Shown piece by piece: positions 41,701-49,062 of a stretch of 64,000 nt of DNA; position 1 is the stretch's first letter, and each line of letters opens with the position of its first letter. The notes under the pieces were generated by a model, which was given only the letters and a program-made list of their open reading frames with translations, was not told where the DNA came from and did not search any database. Both the position numbers and the translations under genes were made by a program. Origin of the DNA: Chloroflexota bacterium (lineage in GTDB: Bacteria > Chloroflexota > UBA11872 > UBA12225); contig DAOTTI010000022.1 of the NCBI GenBank assembly GCA_034437795.1, forward strand, positions 366-64,365, read 5' to 3'.

Positions 41701-42815
41701 CGGCCGGCATCCAGACCGAAGACCTCTCCCCGCAGGGGCTGATCGACCTCATCTTCCTGCCTGGCCTGTCCACGGCGGGCCAGGTCGATGAGGTGAGCGG
41801 GCGCGGCGTGGGGCTGGACGCCGTTCGCGCGGCCATCCAGCGCGTGCGGGGCACGATCGAGGTCGCCACCGTCCCTGGGGAAGGCACGACCTTCTCGCTG
41901 CGCTTCCCGATCACGCTGGCGCAGGCGCGAGTGGTGATGGCGGAGGCCGCCGGCCATCCGGTGGCCATTCCCGCCGCCAACGTCCGGCGCGTAGCCCGCC
42001 TGAGCGCGGTGGAGACGGAGCGCCTGGGGCAGGAGACCTTTGCCCGCCACGCCGGATGGCCATATCGCCTGGCGGACCTCGCCGCCACGCTGGGCCTTCA
42101 GGAGGACGCCCCGCACGGCGACGACCCGCTACTGCTGTTCGTCGAGGCGGCCGGGCAGCGCGCCGCGCTCATCACCGGCGCCGCCGGCGGCCACGAAGAG
42201 GTGGTGGTCAAGCCCGTAGGTAGCCACCTGCGGGCGCTGCGGGGCGTGGCCGGGGCCACGCTCCTTCAAGATGGCCGGGTGGCGCTGCTGCTGCACCTGC
42301 CCGACCTGATCGGGCTCGAGCATGCCGCGACCATCGCGGCGCGGCGCTACCTGCCGGTGGACAAGGACGGCTTGGCGCCGCCCCGCGCGCCGGCCCAGGC
42401 GCGCCCGGCCGTGGGGCGTATCCTGCGGGTGCTGGTGGTCGACGACTCGCCCACCATCCGCAAGCTGCTGGTCCGGACGCTCAAGGACCTGGGCTGGGAG
42501 ACGCGGGAGGCGAAGGATGGCCTGGAGGCGCTGGAGAACATCCGTGTGGACCGGCCCGACGTGGTCCTGGCGGACATCGAGATGCCGCGGCTGGACGGCT
42601 ACCGGCTGCTGGAGGCGCTGCGCGCGAACCCAGAGACGGCCGGCCTGCCGGTGGTCATGCTCACCAGCCGCACGGCCGAGCGCCACCGCAAGCGGGCGGC
42701 GGAGCTAGGCGCCAGCGGGTACCTGACCAAGCCGTACCGGCCGGCCGACGTCGTCGCCACGCTCCGCGCGATCTGCGACGTTGGCGCTGGCGCGGCGGCC
42801 GAGGTGGTGGCCTGA
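38775..42815 (+). CDS. cheA: Hybrid CheA-type histidine kinase (2 Hpt domains, long low-complexity linker, dimerisation/HATPase, CheW-like, C-terminal receiver; ChpA/TaxAY-like)
   Basis: Hpt motifs FAHTIKSSAAMMG and VHTLKGAAAMMG. N-box HLVRNAADHGIE, G1 DDGAGLD, G2 GRGVGLD. Receiver LVVDDSPTIRKL...LADIEMPRLDG...YLTKPY. Confidence 0.9.
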   Translation: MVAVDLPPEITASFVAEARGYLPAILAGLQAVDDAERLEEAYRFAHTIKSSAAMMGHVDLSQVAELLEGDLEALLLGEAATAGHLAQLTRSVQRIGRLLDAVAGEPVDIEAVVAEEVADRTATGDGLTGAVPGDTPTGPGAGGIPIGAVGDGDVRAGAASPDGVVEQGPAGIAVAAEDVPAGALQAADVAGGLAADGVAREGTRREVEPALPGEPAVEPAAEQGPEPELEEAPAAFNGVAVAPEALSGRLAGDDGSAQPAPAGVSAEVDSEPAVAEQAQPADGRLSVLTATEAVLAVVGDEGESEDGLVATGREEAGATEPRRPQAGAGPVADTRDGEARPGEAGPAGRPEAAALLDELAETVLALGRDLEASNEADLQAHRAAIAAWLARFDGVAGLGVAGALEGDGQSSAGRQPSRPDGGAAVTREVAREDGQAPASAGVVAGALVDTSPARREPDAVDLDPAPDSEEALRRAIEAELRFQIEEEVRAQLSAAGEREEEPALSRGFAARIRSLGPAHSALPAPAPGAPPQADAGVAGLAVEVDPETREVFALEAAEHLERIDADVAGLASEPGSPARLRSLRRSVHTLKGAAAMMGFEPVAALAHSLEDRLDVAASGEAALSPEAYAEVLRDLDRLEEIIKRCVSGAAAPAETSAPAGEAGQDGASAAGVADRAPASEDGRHLPAEAQAEGATGPVAAAGEARSPDAAPAGPITVPVRLELMDEWLRLAGETSVSVAAWPALLAAASGAVVDLRSAVARVRSLTGAIESARREVGVRGPSSGLAAGWAARDLSGALADAAGFDPLELDRYTPADYLLHELAEIAAEALTAERELEAVLESAADLVTVQRHRAAEMQERLLAARLVPLSELDGRLQRAVRGVAVRRQKEVRFSFDGGDAVVDRAMLDPIADALLHLVRNAADHGIEAPEQRERAGKPRAGQVFVVARRDQGEVLVEVSDDGAGLDPERIAAAARAAGIQTEDLSPQGLIDLIFLPGLSTAGQVDEVSGRGVGLDAVRAAIQRVRGTIEVATVPGEGTTFSLRFPITLAQARVVMAEAAGHPVAIPAANVRRVARLSAVETERLGQETFARHAGWPYRLADLAATLGLQEDAPHGDDPLLLFVEAAGQRAALITGAAGGHEEVVVKPVGSHLRALRGVAGATLLQDGRVALLLHLPDLIGLEHAATIAARRYLPVDKDGLAPPRAPAQARPAVGRILRVLVVDDSPTIRKLLVRTLKDLGWETREAKDGLEALENIRVDRPDVVLADIEMPRLDGYRLLEALRANPETAGLPVVMLTSRTAERHRKRAAELGASGYLTKPYRPADVVATLRAICDVGAGAAAEVVA

Positions 42816-43708
42816 TGCCGCCGCGATGCCAGGTGCTGGCGGTCACGGCCGGGGGCCAGCAGTTTGCCATCCCCATTGAGACGGTGGCGGAGGTCACGCG
42901 CCGCCGCGCGGGGCCGGCTGAGCAAGGAGTCGTCCGGCTCGCGGAGGCGCTGGGTCTGGCCCACGAGCGACAGGGGGAGGTGCAGCTAGAACTCGCGACC
43001 GCTCGCGGGCGCTACACGCTGGCTGTGGAGACGGTGGGGCGCACCGAGTACGCCCGCGCCCTGCCCCTCCCAGACCTGCTCGACCAGGCCGGGCAGCGGC
43101 TCCCCTTCTCGTCGGTCGTGCCCCTGGCCGCGGGGCCGGCGCTGCTGCTCGACGTCGAACGGCTGGCCGGCGCTGGCCAGTCCAATGAAGAAGCGTCTCG
43201 CACGGCGCGCACACCGGACCGCCGCAAGGGGCAAGCGACGGGCGAGAACGCATCCTCGGTAGGGCCGGCTGGGCCTGGTGCGGTACCGGGCGGCCCGCTG
43301 TTGATCTGCACGCCGGGCCCCTACCGGCTGCGCCAGCGAACGCTTGCGCTCGGCTTCCCGCTCACAGGCGTGGCTGCGGTCGGCCACTACGAGGGGGTGG
43401 TTCCCGTGCCGCGCTCGGCCGCGCCCGTCGCGGGGGTCGCCATCCACGGGGAGCGAGCAGTGCCGGTGCTCCACGCACCGGACGTGCTGGGCCTGCCCCC
43501 GGCTCCGTGGACGCCCCAGTTCCTGGTAGTGGTGGACACGGGGCGCGGACCAGCGGCGCTAGCGGTGGAGCACGCCGCGGGCACGGAGCGCCCGCTGCAC
43601 TGGGCCCCGGCGTCCGTTCTGGCGCCGTTTCGAGCGCCGGCCATCGTCGGCGCCATCCCGCGCCGAGAACGGTGGACGGCCGTCCTGGATCCGGCGCTCA
43701 TCACCTGA
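42815..43708 (+). CDS. Protein with two tandem CheW-like domains (ChpC-position)
   Basis: Domain 1 is VLAVTAGGQQFAIPIETVAEV...LLLDVERL. Domain 2 is ...VPVPRSAAPVAGVAIHGERAVPVLH...LAVEHAAG...AVLDPALI. The ATG overlaps the cheA TGA by 1 nt. Confidence 0.7.
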   Translation: MPPRCQVLAVTAGGQQFAIPIETVAEVTRRRAGPAEQGVVRLAEALGLAHERQGEVQLELATARGRYTLAVETVGRTEYARALPLPDLLDQAGQRLPFSSVVPLAAGPALLLDVERLAGAGQSNEEASRTARTPDRRKGQATGENASSVGPAGPGAVPGGPLLICTPGPYRLRQRTLALGFPLTGVAAVGHYEGVVPVPRSAAPVAGVAIHGERAVPVLHAPDVLGLPPAPWTPQFLVVVDTGRGPAALAVEHAAGTERPLHWAPASVLAPFRAPAIVGAIPRRERWTAVLDPALIT

Positions 43709-43909
43709 AATTAGCTGAGCGGTCCGTGGGCGTCTGAGCGCGATTTCCGGCCGGAGCGGAGCCAATGCCTCCGCCACGTGTCTCGCGCCTGAGCCGGCCA
43801 GTCGGACGTGGCGCCAAGCCGCCGAATGCACCGCGACAGGCGTCGAAAGGCAGCCGTCCCTAATCCAGTGACGCTTTCGTTTCCTCGGCTCGGAGCAACG
43901 TGACAAGTA

Positions 43910-44890
43910 GTGGCTGAATCGTCGGCGGGAAGCGTTCTGTTCTTACAGCTTGGCCTGATTGTCTGCGCCGGCTTTGTGCTGCGCCTGGTGATGGAGAGCC
44001 GTCACGGGGGCGGGCAGACGGCCGCGGCGACGCGCCAGTGGCTGAACCGGATTGTGCTCTGGTTCACGATGCCGGTGCTGGTGTTCCAGACGGTCCATGC
44101 GGCGCCGCTGGGGCCCGACCTCATTCAGGCGCCGGCGGCGGCGATCGCCGGCATGGCGGGGACGGCGCTGGTGGCCTGGCTGCTCCTCGCACGGCTCTAC
44201 GGGCGCACGCCGGAGACCGGTGGGCTGGTGCTGGCCGCCAGCGCGGGGAGCGTCAGCTTTTTCGGCATTCCGCTCTGCCGCGCCCTGTTCGGGCCAGATG
44301 AAGCGCGCGTGGCGGTGTACTTCGCTGTCTTGAACGTCCCGCTGGCGCTGCTCGCGGGGGCCATCATCAGCAGCCGCATCGCGCCCGATCAGGCCGAGGC
44401 GCGGGACAGGCGTGGGGCGGTACTGGCGATCGCGCGCCAATCGGTACGCCAGTTCTGCACCCTGCCAGCGACCTGGGCGCTGGTCGCCGGCCTGGCGCTC
44501 CAGGGATGGATCCTGCCGGGCCCCGTCGATCGTCTGCTGCACGTCATCTCGGCGTCGGTCGCCCCCACGACCATGCTGGCGCTGGGGCTGGGCCTGCGCT
44601 TCGAGCGGTCACTGACGCCCTACCGCATGGCTCTGCCGGCGGTGGTGATCAAGCTGGCCATCAGCCCGATCGTGGTCTTCGTGTGCGCCTGGGCCATCGG
44701 CCTCTCGGGCCTACCCCTGGCCATCGTGTCCCTGCAGGGCGCCATGCCCACGCAGGTGCTGAGCGTCGTGGTGGCGGAGCGCTACCGCCTGAACGCGCGG
44801 CTGGTGGGCCTCACGCTGGCGCTGGACACGGCCATGGCCTTCTTCGTGCTGCCGTGGGTGCTGCGCGTGATCCGCGCTGGCGCGCTCTGA
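43910..44890 (+). CDS. AEC-family (auxin efflux carrier-like) membrane transporter
   Basis: ~10 hydrophobic segments. The N-terminal LFLQLGLIVCAGFVLR and NRIVLWFTMPVLVF pattern is typical of this family. Confidence 0.7.
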   Translation: MAESSAGSVLFLQLGLIVCAGFVLRLVMESRHGGGQTAAATRQWLNRIVLWFTMPVLVFQTVHAAPLGPDLIQAPAAAIAGMAGTALVAWLLLARLYGRTPETGGLVLAASAGSVSFFGIPLCRALFGPDEARVAVYFAVLNVPLALLAGAIISSRIAPDQAEARDRRGAVLAIARQSVRQFCTLPATWALVAGLALQGWILPGPVDRLLHVISASVAPTTMLALGLGLRFERSLTPYRMALPAVVIKLAISPIVVFVCAWAIGLSGLPLAIVSLQGAMPTQVLSVVVAERYRLNARLVGLTLALDTAMAFFVLPWVLRVIRAGAL

Positions 44891-44908
44891 CCTGCAATCC
44901 TCGCCAGC

Positions 44909-44964
44909 GGGGCCCTCATCCTCTCCCTCTCCCAAAGGGGAGAGGGAACTAATCGCTGGCCATC
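44909..44964 (+). repeat. REP-like hairpin repeat, family A
   Basis: GGGGCCCTCATCCTCTCCCTCTCCCAAAGGGGAGAGGGAACTAATCGCTGGCCATC, with a 9-bp stem CCCTCTCCC/GGGAGAGGG. Confidence 0.85.
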
Positions 44965-45040
44965 AGTGCGCCAGGCCAAGCGTTGCGGCGGCGGTTCGCG
45001 CGCGGTCCAGGCTGGGGACATCGCGCTCCCGTGGCAGGCC

Positions 45041-45985
45041 CTACTCAGGGTAGAGGTCGGTGCTCAGGTACTTGAGGCCGGTGTCTGGGATAACGGTGGC
45101 GATGAGCGTCCCCGCGGGGCAGTCACGGGCGAGCTGCAGGGCCGCGGCGACATTCGCGCCGCCGGAGAAGCCGCCGAAGATCCCCTCGCGGGTAGCGAGC
45201 GCGCGTGCCGTCTGGATGGCCTCATCATCGGTAACGCTGAGAAAGCCATCGACCAGGTCGGCCTGCCAGAGGGGCGGGATCATGGCGTAGCCGGTCCCCT
45301 GGATCTTGTGGCTGGTGCTCGTGACCGCGCCACCGGCAAGAAAGGGCGCCGTCGCCGGCTCCACGGCATAGCAGCGCACCCTGGGCCGGCGCGCCTTCAA
45401 GGCCCGCGCTACGCCGACGAAGGTGCCGCCGGTGCCGACGGCGGCCACGAAGGCGTCAACGCGCCCCTCCGTCTGCTCCCAGATCTCGCGGCCGGTGGTC
45501 AGCTCGTGCGCCCGCACGCTGTTCAGGTTATGGAACTGGTTGGGGCGGAAGGCGCCCAGCTCACGGACGAGCTCCTGCGTGCGCTGCTCGACGAGCTCCA
45601 GGTCTTCCCGAGACACCTGGCCGGGGCGGGGCTCTCCCGCCTGCGGCACCAGCTCCACCTGGGCACCGAGCGCCTCCAGCATGCGTCGGCGCTCCACCGA
45701 GTTGCCGGCGGACATGACGGCGATCATGCGGTAGCCCTTGACCGCGCACACGACGGCCAGGCCCGTGCCCATGTTGCCGCTAGTGAGCTCGACCACCGTG
45801 CCGCCTGGCTTGAGCTCTCCGGACCGCTCGGCCGCCTCGATCATGGCCAGGGCCACACGGTCTTTGATGCTGGCGCCGGGGCTGTAATACTCCAGCTTGG
45901 CGACAATGCGTCCGGGGAGGCCGCGGGCCAGGCGGTCCAGGGCGACCAGGGGCGTAGCGCCGATCGCCTCCAGCACACTGGTCAT
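45041..45985 (-). CDS. cysK: Cysteine synthase (O-acetylserine sulfhydrylase, PLP-dependent)
   Basis: IGATPLVAL, KLEYYSPGASIKDRVAL (PLP Lys), TSGNMGTGLA, GTGGTF. I prefer ATG 45985 over the track start 46114. Confidence 0.85.
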   Translation of the reverse strand: MTSVLEAIGATPLVALDRLARGLPGRIVAKLEYYSPGASIKDRVALAMIEAAERSGELKPGGTVVELTSGNMGTGLAVVCAVKGYRMIAVMSAGNSVERRRMLEALGAQVELVPQAGEPRPGQVSREDLELVEQRTQELVRELGAFRPNQFHNLNSVRAHELTTGREIWEQTEGRVDAFVAAVGTGGTFVGVARALKARRPRVRCYAVEPATAPFLAGGAVTSTSHKIQGTGYAMIPPLWQADLVDGFLSVTDDEAIQTARALATREGIFGGFSGGANVAAALQLARDCPAGTLIATVIPDTGLKYLSTDLYPE

Positions 45986-46112
45986 AACACCGCGTGGGAC
46001 CACCAGCGAAGACTGTAGCAGGCCGCAGCCAGACGGCTGAAGGCGCCTGCTGTACCTTGCCCAGGCGGTCGCGCCACTACGCCGGTTGTGGAAGACTGTC
46101 CCAGGAAATGTC

Positions 46113-46140
46113 AAAAGCCGCCCACTTGGGCGGCTTTCTT
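46113..46140 (-). terminator. Intrinsic terminator immediately 3' of tRNA-Arg
   Basis: AGCCGCCC-ACTT-GGGCGGCT 8-bp stem flanked by an A-run and a T-run. On the minus strand the stem is followed by TTTTGA. Confidence 0.65.
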
Positions 46141-46143
46141 CTC

Positions 46144-46220
46144 TGGTATCCCCGGAGGGATTCGAACCCCCGACCTTCTGGTTCGTAGCCAGACGCTCTG
46201 TCCAGCTGAGCTACGGGGAC
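46144..46220 (-). tRNA. tRNA-Arg (anticodon ACG)
   Basis: 77-nt cloverleaf read on the minus strand: GUCCCCG-UA-GCUC-AGCUGGACA-GAGC-G-UCUGG-CUACGAA-CCAGA-AGGUC-GGGGG-UUCGAAU-CCCUC-CGGGGAU-A-CCA. CCA is encoded; G1.U72 is a wobble pair. Confidence 0.92.
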
Positions 46221-46261
46221 ACGCCACAGCGCCGAGCGCGCGGCCTGCTGCGCTGCGACAA

Positions 46262-46267
46262 AGTATA
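46262..46267 (-). promoter_or_regulatory. Extended -10-like TGgTATACT upstream of tRNA-Arg
   Basis: Minus strand reads CCTGGTATACTTTG, 41 nt before the mature 5' end. No clear -35. Confidence 0.3.
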
Positions 46268-46300
46268 CCAGGCGGACGCCCCCGTTCCCCACCCCGCCGA

Positions 46301-46800
46301 CGCGGGGACGTGGGGACGCGGAGACACGGGGAGAGCTCTCACCCCCTGGCCCCCTCTCCGACATGGAGAGCGGCGACGAGGGCCATGGGAGAGGATCTGA
46401 TCCCACGGTGGCCGCACGGCACGGGGAGGAGAGACCTCACCCCCTAGCCCCCTCTCCGAGACCAAGCGGAGGGACGAGGACCATGGTGATGCGGCTGGGC
46501 TGTACCGCCCCCTTTCCCGCGTGCGGGCGAGGACGTACGACACCACGGCCGTGCAGTTTGCCCCTGCCCCGTCCTCGCGCGTGCTGGAAAGTGCCCCACA
46601 CCGTCCACTGCGGCCCCGACGGCATCGCCGCGTCCTCGCGCGTGCTGGAAAGTGGCGAACGGCGGCCACGACTGGGCGTTATCCGGGCCTGTGGACGAGA
46701 CCGTCCCCCGCGACCCTCGTCCCCCCGCTCCGACACGGAGCGGGGGCTAGGGGGTGAGGTCTGTCCTCCGCGTCTCCATGTCTCCGCCCCGGTGCGGGGG
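46301..46800. repeat. Composite block of family-B hairpin repeats plus internal 24-bp repeats
   Basis: B units (CTCACCCCCTRGCCCCCTCTCCGA-loop-GGAGRG...GACGAGG) at 46336-46388 and 46435-46486 (direct) and 46711-46760 (inverted). A perfect 24-mer CGTCCTCGCGCGTGCTGGAAAGTG occurs at 46570-46593 and 46631-46654, with an imperfect inverted copy at 46513-46536. Confidence 0.7.
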
Positions 46801-46894
46801 GCCGGGCGGCGGTTGGTCCGGACCGGCTGCGCACGCTTGCGGTGCCCGTGCCCGTTGCGCCGGTGGCGTAGACTTTTCGCGGTGACCTCTGGCA

Positions 46895-47611
46895 GTGCGA
46901 ATCCTGGCCGTTGCCGACGTTGAAGATCAGGCGCTTGGCGAGCGCTTTGATCGCGCGCGCTGGGCGAAGAAGGGGGTCGAGCTGATCGTGTCCTGTGGCG
47001 ATCTCAAGCCGGCCTACCTTGATTACCTGGTGTCTGTCTTCAACGTCCCGTGCTTCTACGTGCGCGGCAACCACGATACGAGCTACAAGGAGCAGGCATC
47101 GCTGCTCGGAGGCTGCGTCAACCTGGATGGCCGCGTGGAGACCTATAAGGGGATCCGGTTCTTCGGCCTGGAGGGGAGCGCCTGGTACAGCGGGGGCCCC
47201 GCCCAGTACACGGAGCGGGAGATGTGGTGGCGCGCGTTCTGGGCCGGCCTGAGCCTGCGCCAGACCGGCGGTGCAGACGTGTTCGTCGCCCACAGCCCGC
47301 CTCGCCTCTGCCCCTTGCCGGAGAGCCGCTGCCTGTGCCTGCATCCCCCGGCGGGAACGCCGCCGAATGCCATGGGCGCGCCGTGCTACGTGGACCCGCA
47401 GCGCCGGCTGTGGGACTTCGACGACCCGCCCCATCACGGCTTTGACGTGTTTCGGCGCCTGATCATCAAGCACCAGCCCCAGGTCTTCCTCCACGGGCAC
47501 ACCCACCTCGGGTACGGCAGGCGCCCGCGGGAGCTCATGCTGGGCCGCACCCGCCTGATCGACGCCTACGGCTACGTGCTGGTGGACGTTGAACGGACTG
47601 GTGGACGTTGA
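46895..47611 (+). CDS. Calcineurin-like metallophosphoesterase
   Basis: MRILAVADVED, SCGDL, VRGNHD, and VFLHGHTHLGYG motifs. Confidence 0.8.
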   Translation: MRILAVADVEDQALGERFDRARWAKKGVELIVSCGDLKPAYLDYLVSVFNVPCFYVRGNHDTSYKEQASLLGGCVNLDGRVETYKGIRFFGLEGSAWYSGGPAQYTEREMWWRAFWAGLSLRQTGGADVFVAHSPPRLCPLPESRCLCLHPPAGTPPNAMGAPCYVDPQRRLWDFDDPPHHGFDVFRRLIIKHQPQVFLHGHTHLGYGRRPRELMLGRTRLIDAYGYVLVDVERTGGR

Positions 47612-47616
47612 ACGGA
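47579..47616. repeat. Perfect 19-bp tandem duplication (CTGGTGGACGTTGAACGGA x2) across the phosphoesterase stop codon
   Basis: 47579-47597 is identical to 47598-47616. Confidence 0.9.
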
Positions 47617-47620
47617 GTAG

Positions 47621-48751
47621 ATGACGACCCGCAAGCGCCTTCTCGTTCCCCTGGACCTGCTGCCGGCCGGCGAAGCCAAGCTCCCCGTCGCGATTGAGCA
47701 GGCGCGGGCGCTCGACGCCGAACTGATCCTGCTGCACGTGCTGCCGGAGCGGGCGGCTGGCGACGGCGGCAGCGTCTCCCCTGAAGAGTCGCAGGCTCGG
47801 GCCTACCTCGACGCCATCAGCCTGCACATCCGTAGCGAGGGGATCGCCGCGCGGCCGCTGGTGCGCTTCGGGCCGGTGGCGGCCACCGTGGTTGAGGTGG
47901 CCCGCGAGCTACAAGCCGACCTGATCATCATCGGCAGCAACCTGCGGGGCGGCCTGACCCGTTTGTTTCCCGGCGCGATCGCCGACGAGATCGTGCACAA
48001 CGCGCCATGCCCCGTGCTGCTGGTCCGCCCGGCGCTGGAGACGGCCCCGGCCCCTACCGCGGTCCGCAGCTTTGCCGACGACGCGGCGCGCGCCGGCCCG
48101 CTGGCGCCGCGCAGCCTGGGGGCACGCACGGTGGAAGTGGCGCGGATCGTGGGCAGTGTCGGGCGCGCGCACGAGCTGGGGCCAGACTTTCGTCCCCTGA
48201 AGCGCCGGCCAGAAGATGACGCGCGCTTTCGGCGCCTGCTGGAGGCGATGCAAGGGGCATCAGCGGTGCCGCCCGTGGAGCTATACAAGCTGGGCTACGG
48301 CTATTACGTGCTGGACGGACATCACCGCGTGGCCGTCGCCAAGCACCTGCGCCAGCTCTGGATCGACGCCATCGTGACCGAGTACCTGCCGCTGACCAAT
48401 CCGGAGGCGCAGCACATCTTTACCGAACGTGTGCGGTTCGAGCGGGCGACGGGGCTGACGCGCATCGGGGCCGCGCGTCCGGGTAACTATGCGCGCCTGG
48501 AGGAGCTAATCCACGAGTTTGCTGAAGAGCACCAGATCAACGACCTCCGTGAGGCGGCGCGGCGCTGGTATGCGGAGGTCTTCCGCCCCCTCCAGGTGAA
48601 GATCCGCGCCCGCCGGCTGAACGAGCACTTCCCCGGGGAGCGGACGGCAGACGTGGTGCTGCGCATCGCCGACCACCGGCGAATGGAGTCGCAGCGCCTT
48701 GGGCGGCCCCTGACCTGGGATGAGGCGCTAGACTGCTTCCGGCCGGAGTAG
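47621..48751 (+). CDS. Fusion protein: N-terminal universal stress protein (UspA) domain + ParB/Srx-fold (ParB N-terminal-like) domain + C-terminal helical region
   Basis: USP part: LLVPLD...AELILLHVL...DLIIIGSNLRGGLTRLFPGAIADEIVHNAPCPVLLV. ParB-like part: VELYKLGYGYYVLDGHHRVAVAKHL. Confidence 0.75.
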   Translation: MTTRKRLLVPLDLLPAGEAKLPVAIEQARALDAELILLHVLPERAAGDGGSVSPEESQARAYLDAISLHIRSEGIAARPLVRFGPVAATVVEVARELQADLIIIGSNLRGGLTRLFPGAIADEIVHNAPCPVLLVRPALETAPAPTAVRSFADDAARAGPLAPRSLGARTVEVARIVGSVGRAHELGPDFRPLKRRPEDDARFRRLLEAMQGASAVPPVELYKLGYGYYVLDGHHRVAVAKHLRQLWIDAIVTEYLPLTNPEAQHIFTERVRFERATGLTRIGAARPGNYARLEELIHEFAEEHQINDLREAARRWYAEVFRPLQVKIRARRLNEHFPGERTADVVLRIADHRRMESQRLGRPLTWDEALDCFRPE

Positions 48752-48837
48752 CCGGCAGCGATCAGTCTGGTTTCCTGTGAAAAATGGCTTGCCTCTTCAT
48801 ACCCCGCCGGTGCTTCGGACGAGCAGAACGGAGTATT

Positions 48838-48910
48838 CATGGCCGGCGAGGAGGTTCCCTCTGCCAACGGGAGAGAAGGGGCCCGCGTCGCGGGCGGCGG
48901 TGAGGGCTGC
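48838..48910 (-). repeat. REP-like repeat, family A, double-hairpin variant
   Basis: CATGGCCGGCGAGGAGGTTCCCTCTGCCAACGGGAGAGAAGGGGCCCGCGTCGCGGGCGGCGGTGAGGGCTGC; ~80% identical to 51299-51370. Confidence 0.75.
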
Positions 48911-48978
48911 GCCTACTGACGCCTATTGAAGATCCGGCCGTGCCCCGTTGGGGCACCAGGGGCGATTGAAATGACCGG

Positions 48979-49020
48979 CCACCTCCAGCTGTTTCCACCA
49001 GGAATCCAGGCTGGAGGTGG
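48979..49020 (-). terminator. Candidate terminator hairpin downstream of argC
   Basis: Perfect 11-bp stem CCACCTCCAGC / GCTGGAGGTGG with a 20-nt loop, 43 nt past the argC stop. Only a weak T-run follows. Confidence 0.3.
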
Positions 49021-49062
49021 CTGCGGCCGGAGGGGGAGCCCGGCAGGCGTCCAGAAGGCCGG

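Noticed and set aside
46570-46654. Possible CRISPR array (24-bp perfect repeat with a 37-bp spacer; also the 11-mer array at 38701-38755).
   Set aside because: There are only two direct copies plus one inverted copy, the repeat spacing and size are atypical, there are no cas genes in 64 kb, and the 11-mers are contiguous without spacers.
45986-46894. Genomic island or prophage integrated at tRNA-Arg.
   Set aside because: There is no integrase, no direct repeat of the tRNA 3' end, and only 158 bp (containing the terminator) between the tRNA 3' end and cysK. The repeat-rich block lies on the 5' (promoter) side of the tRNA.
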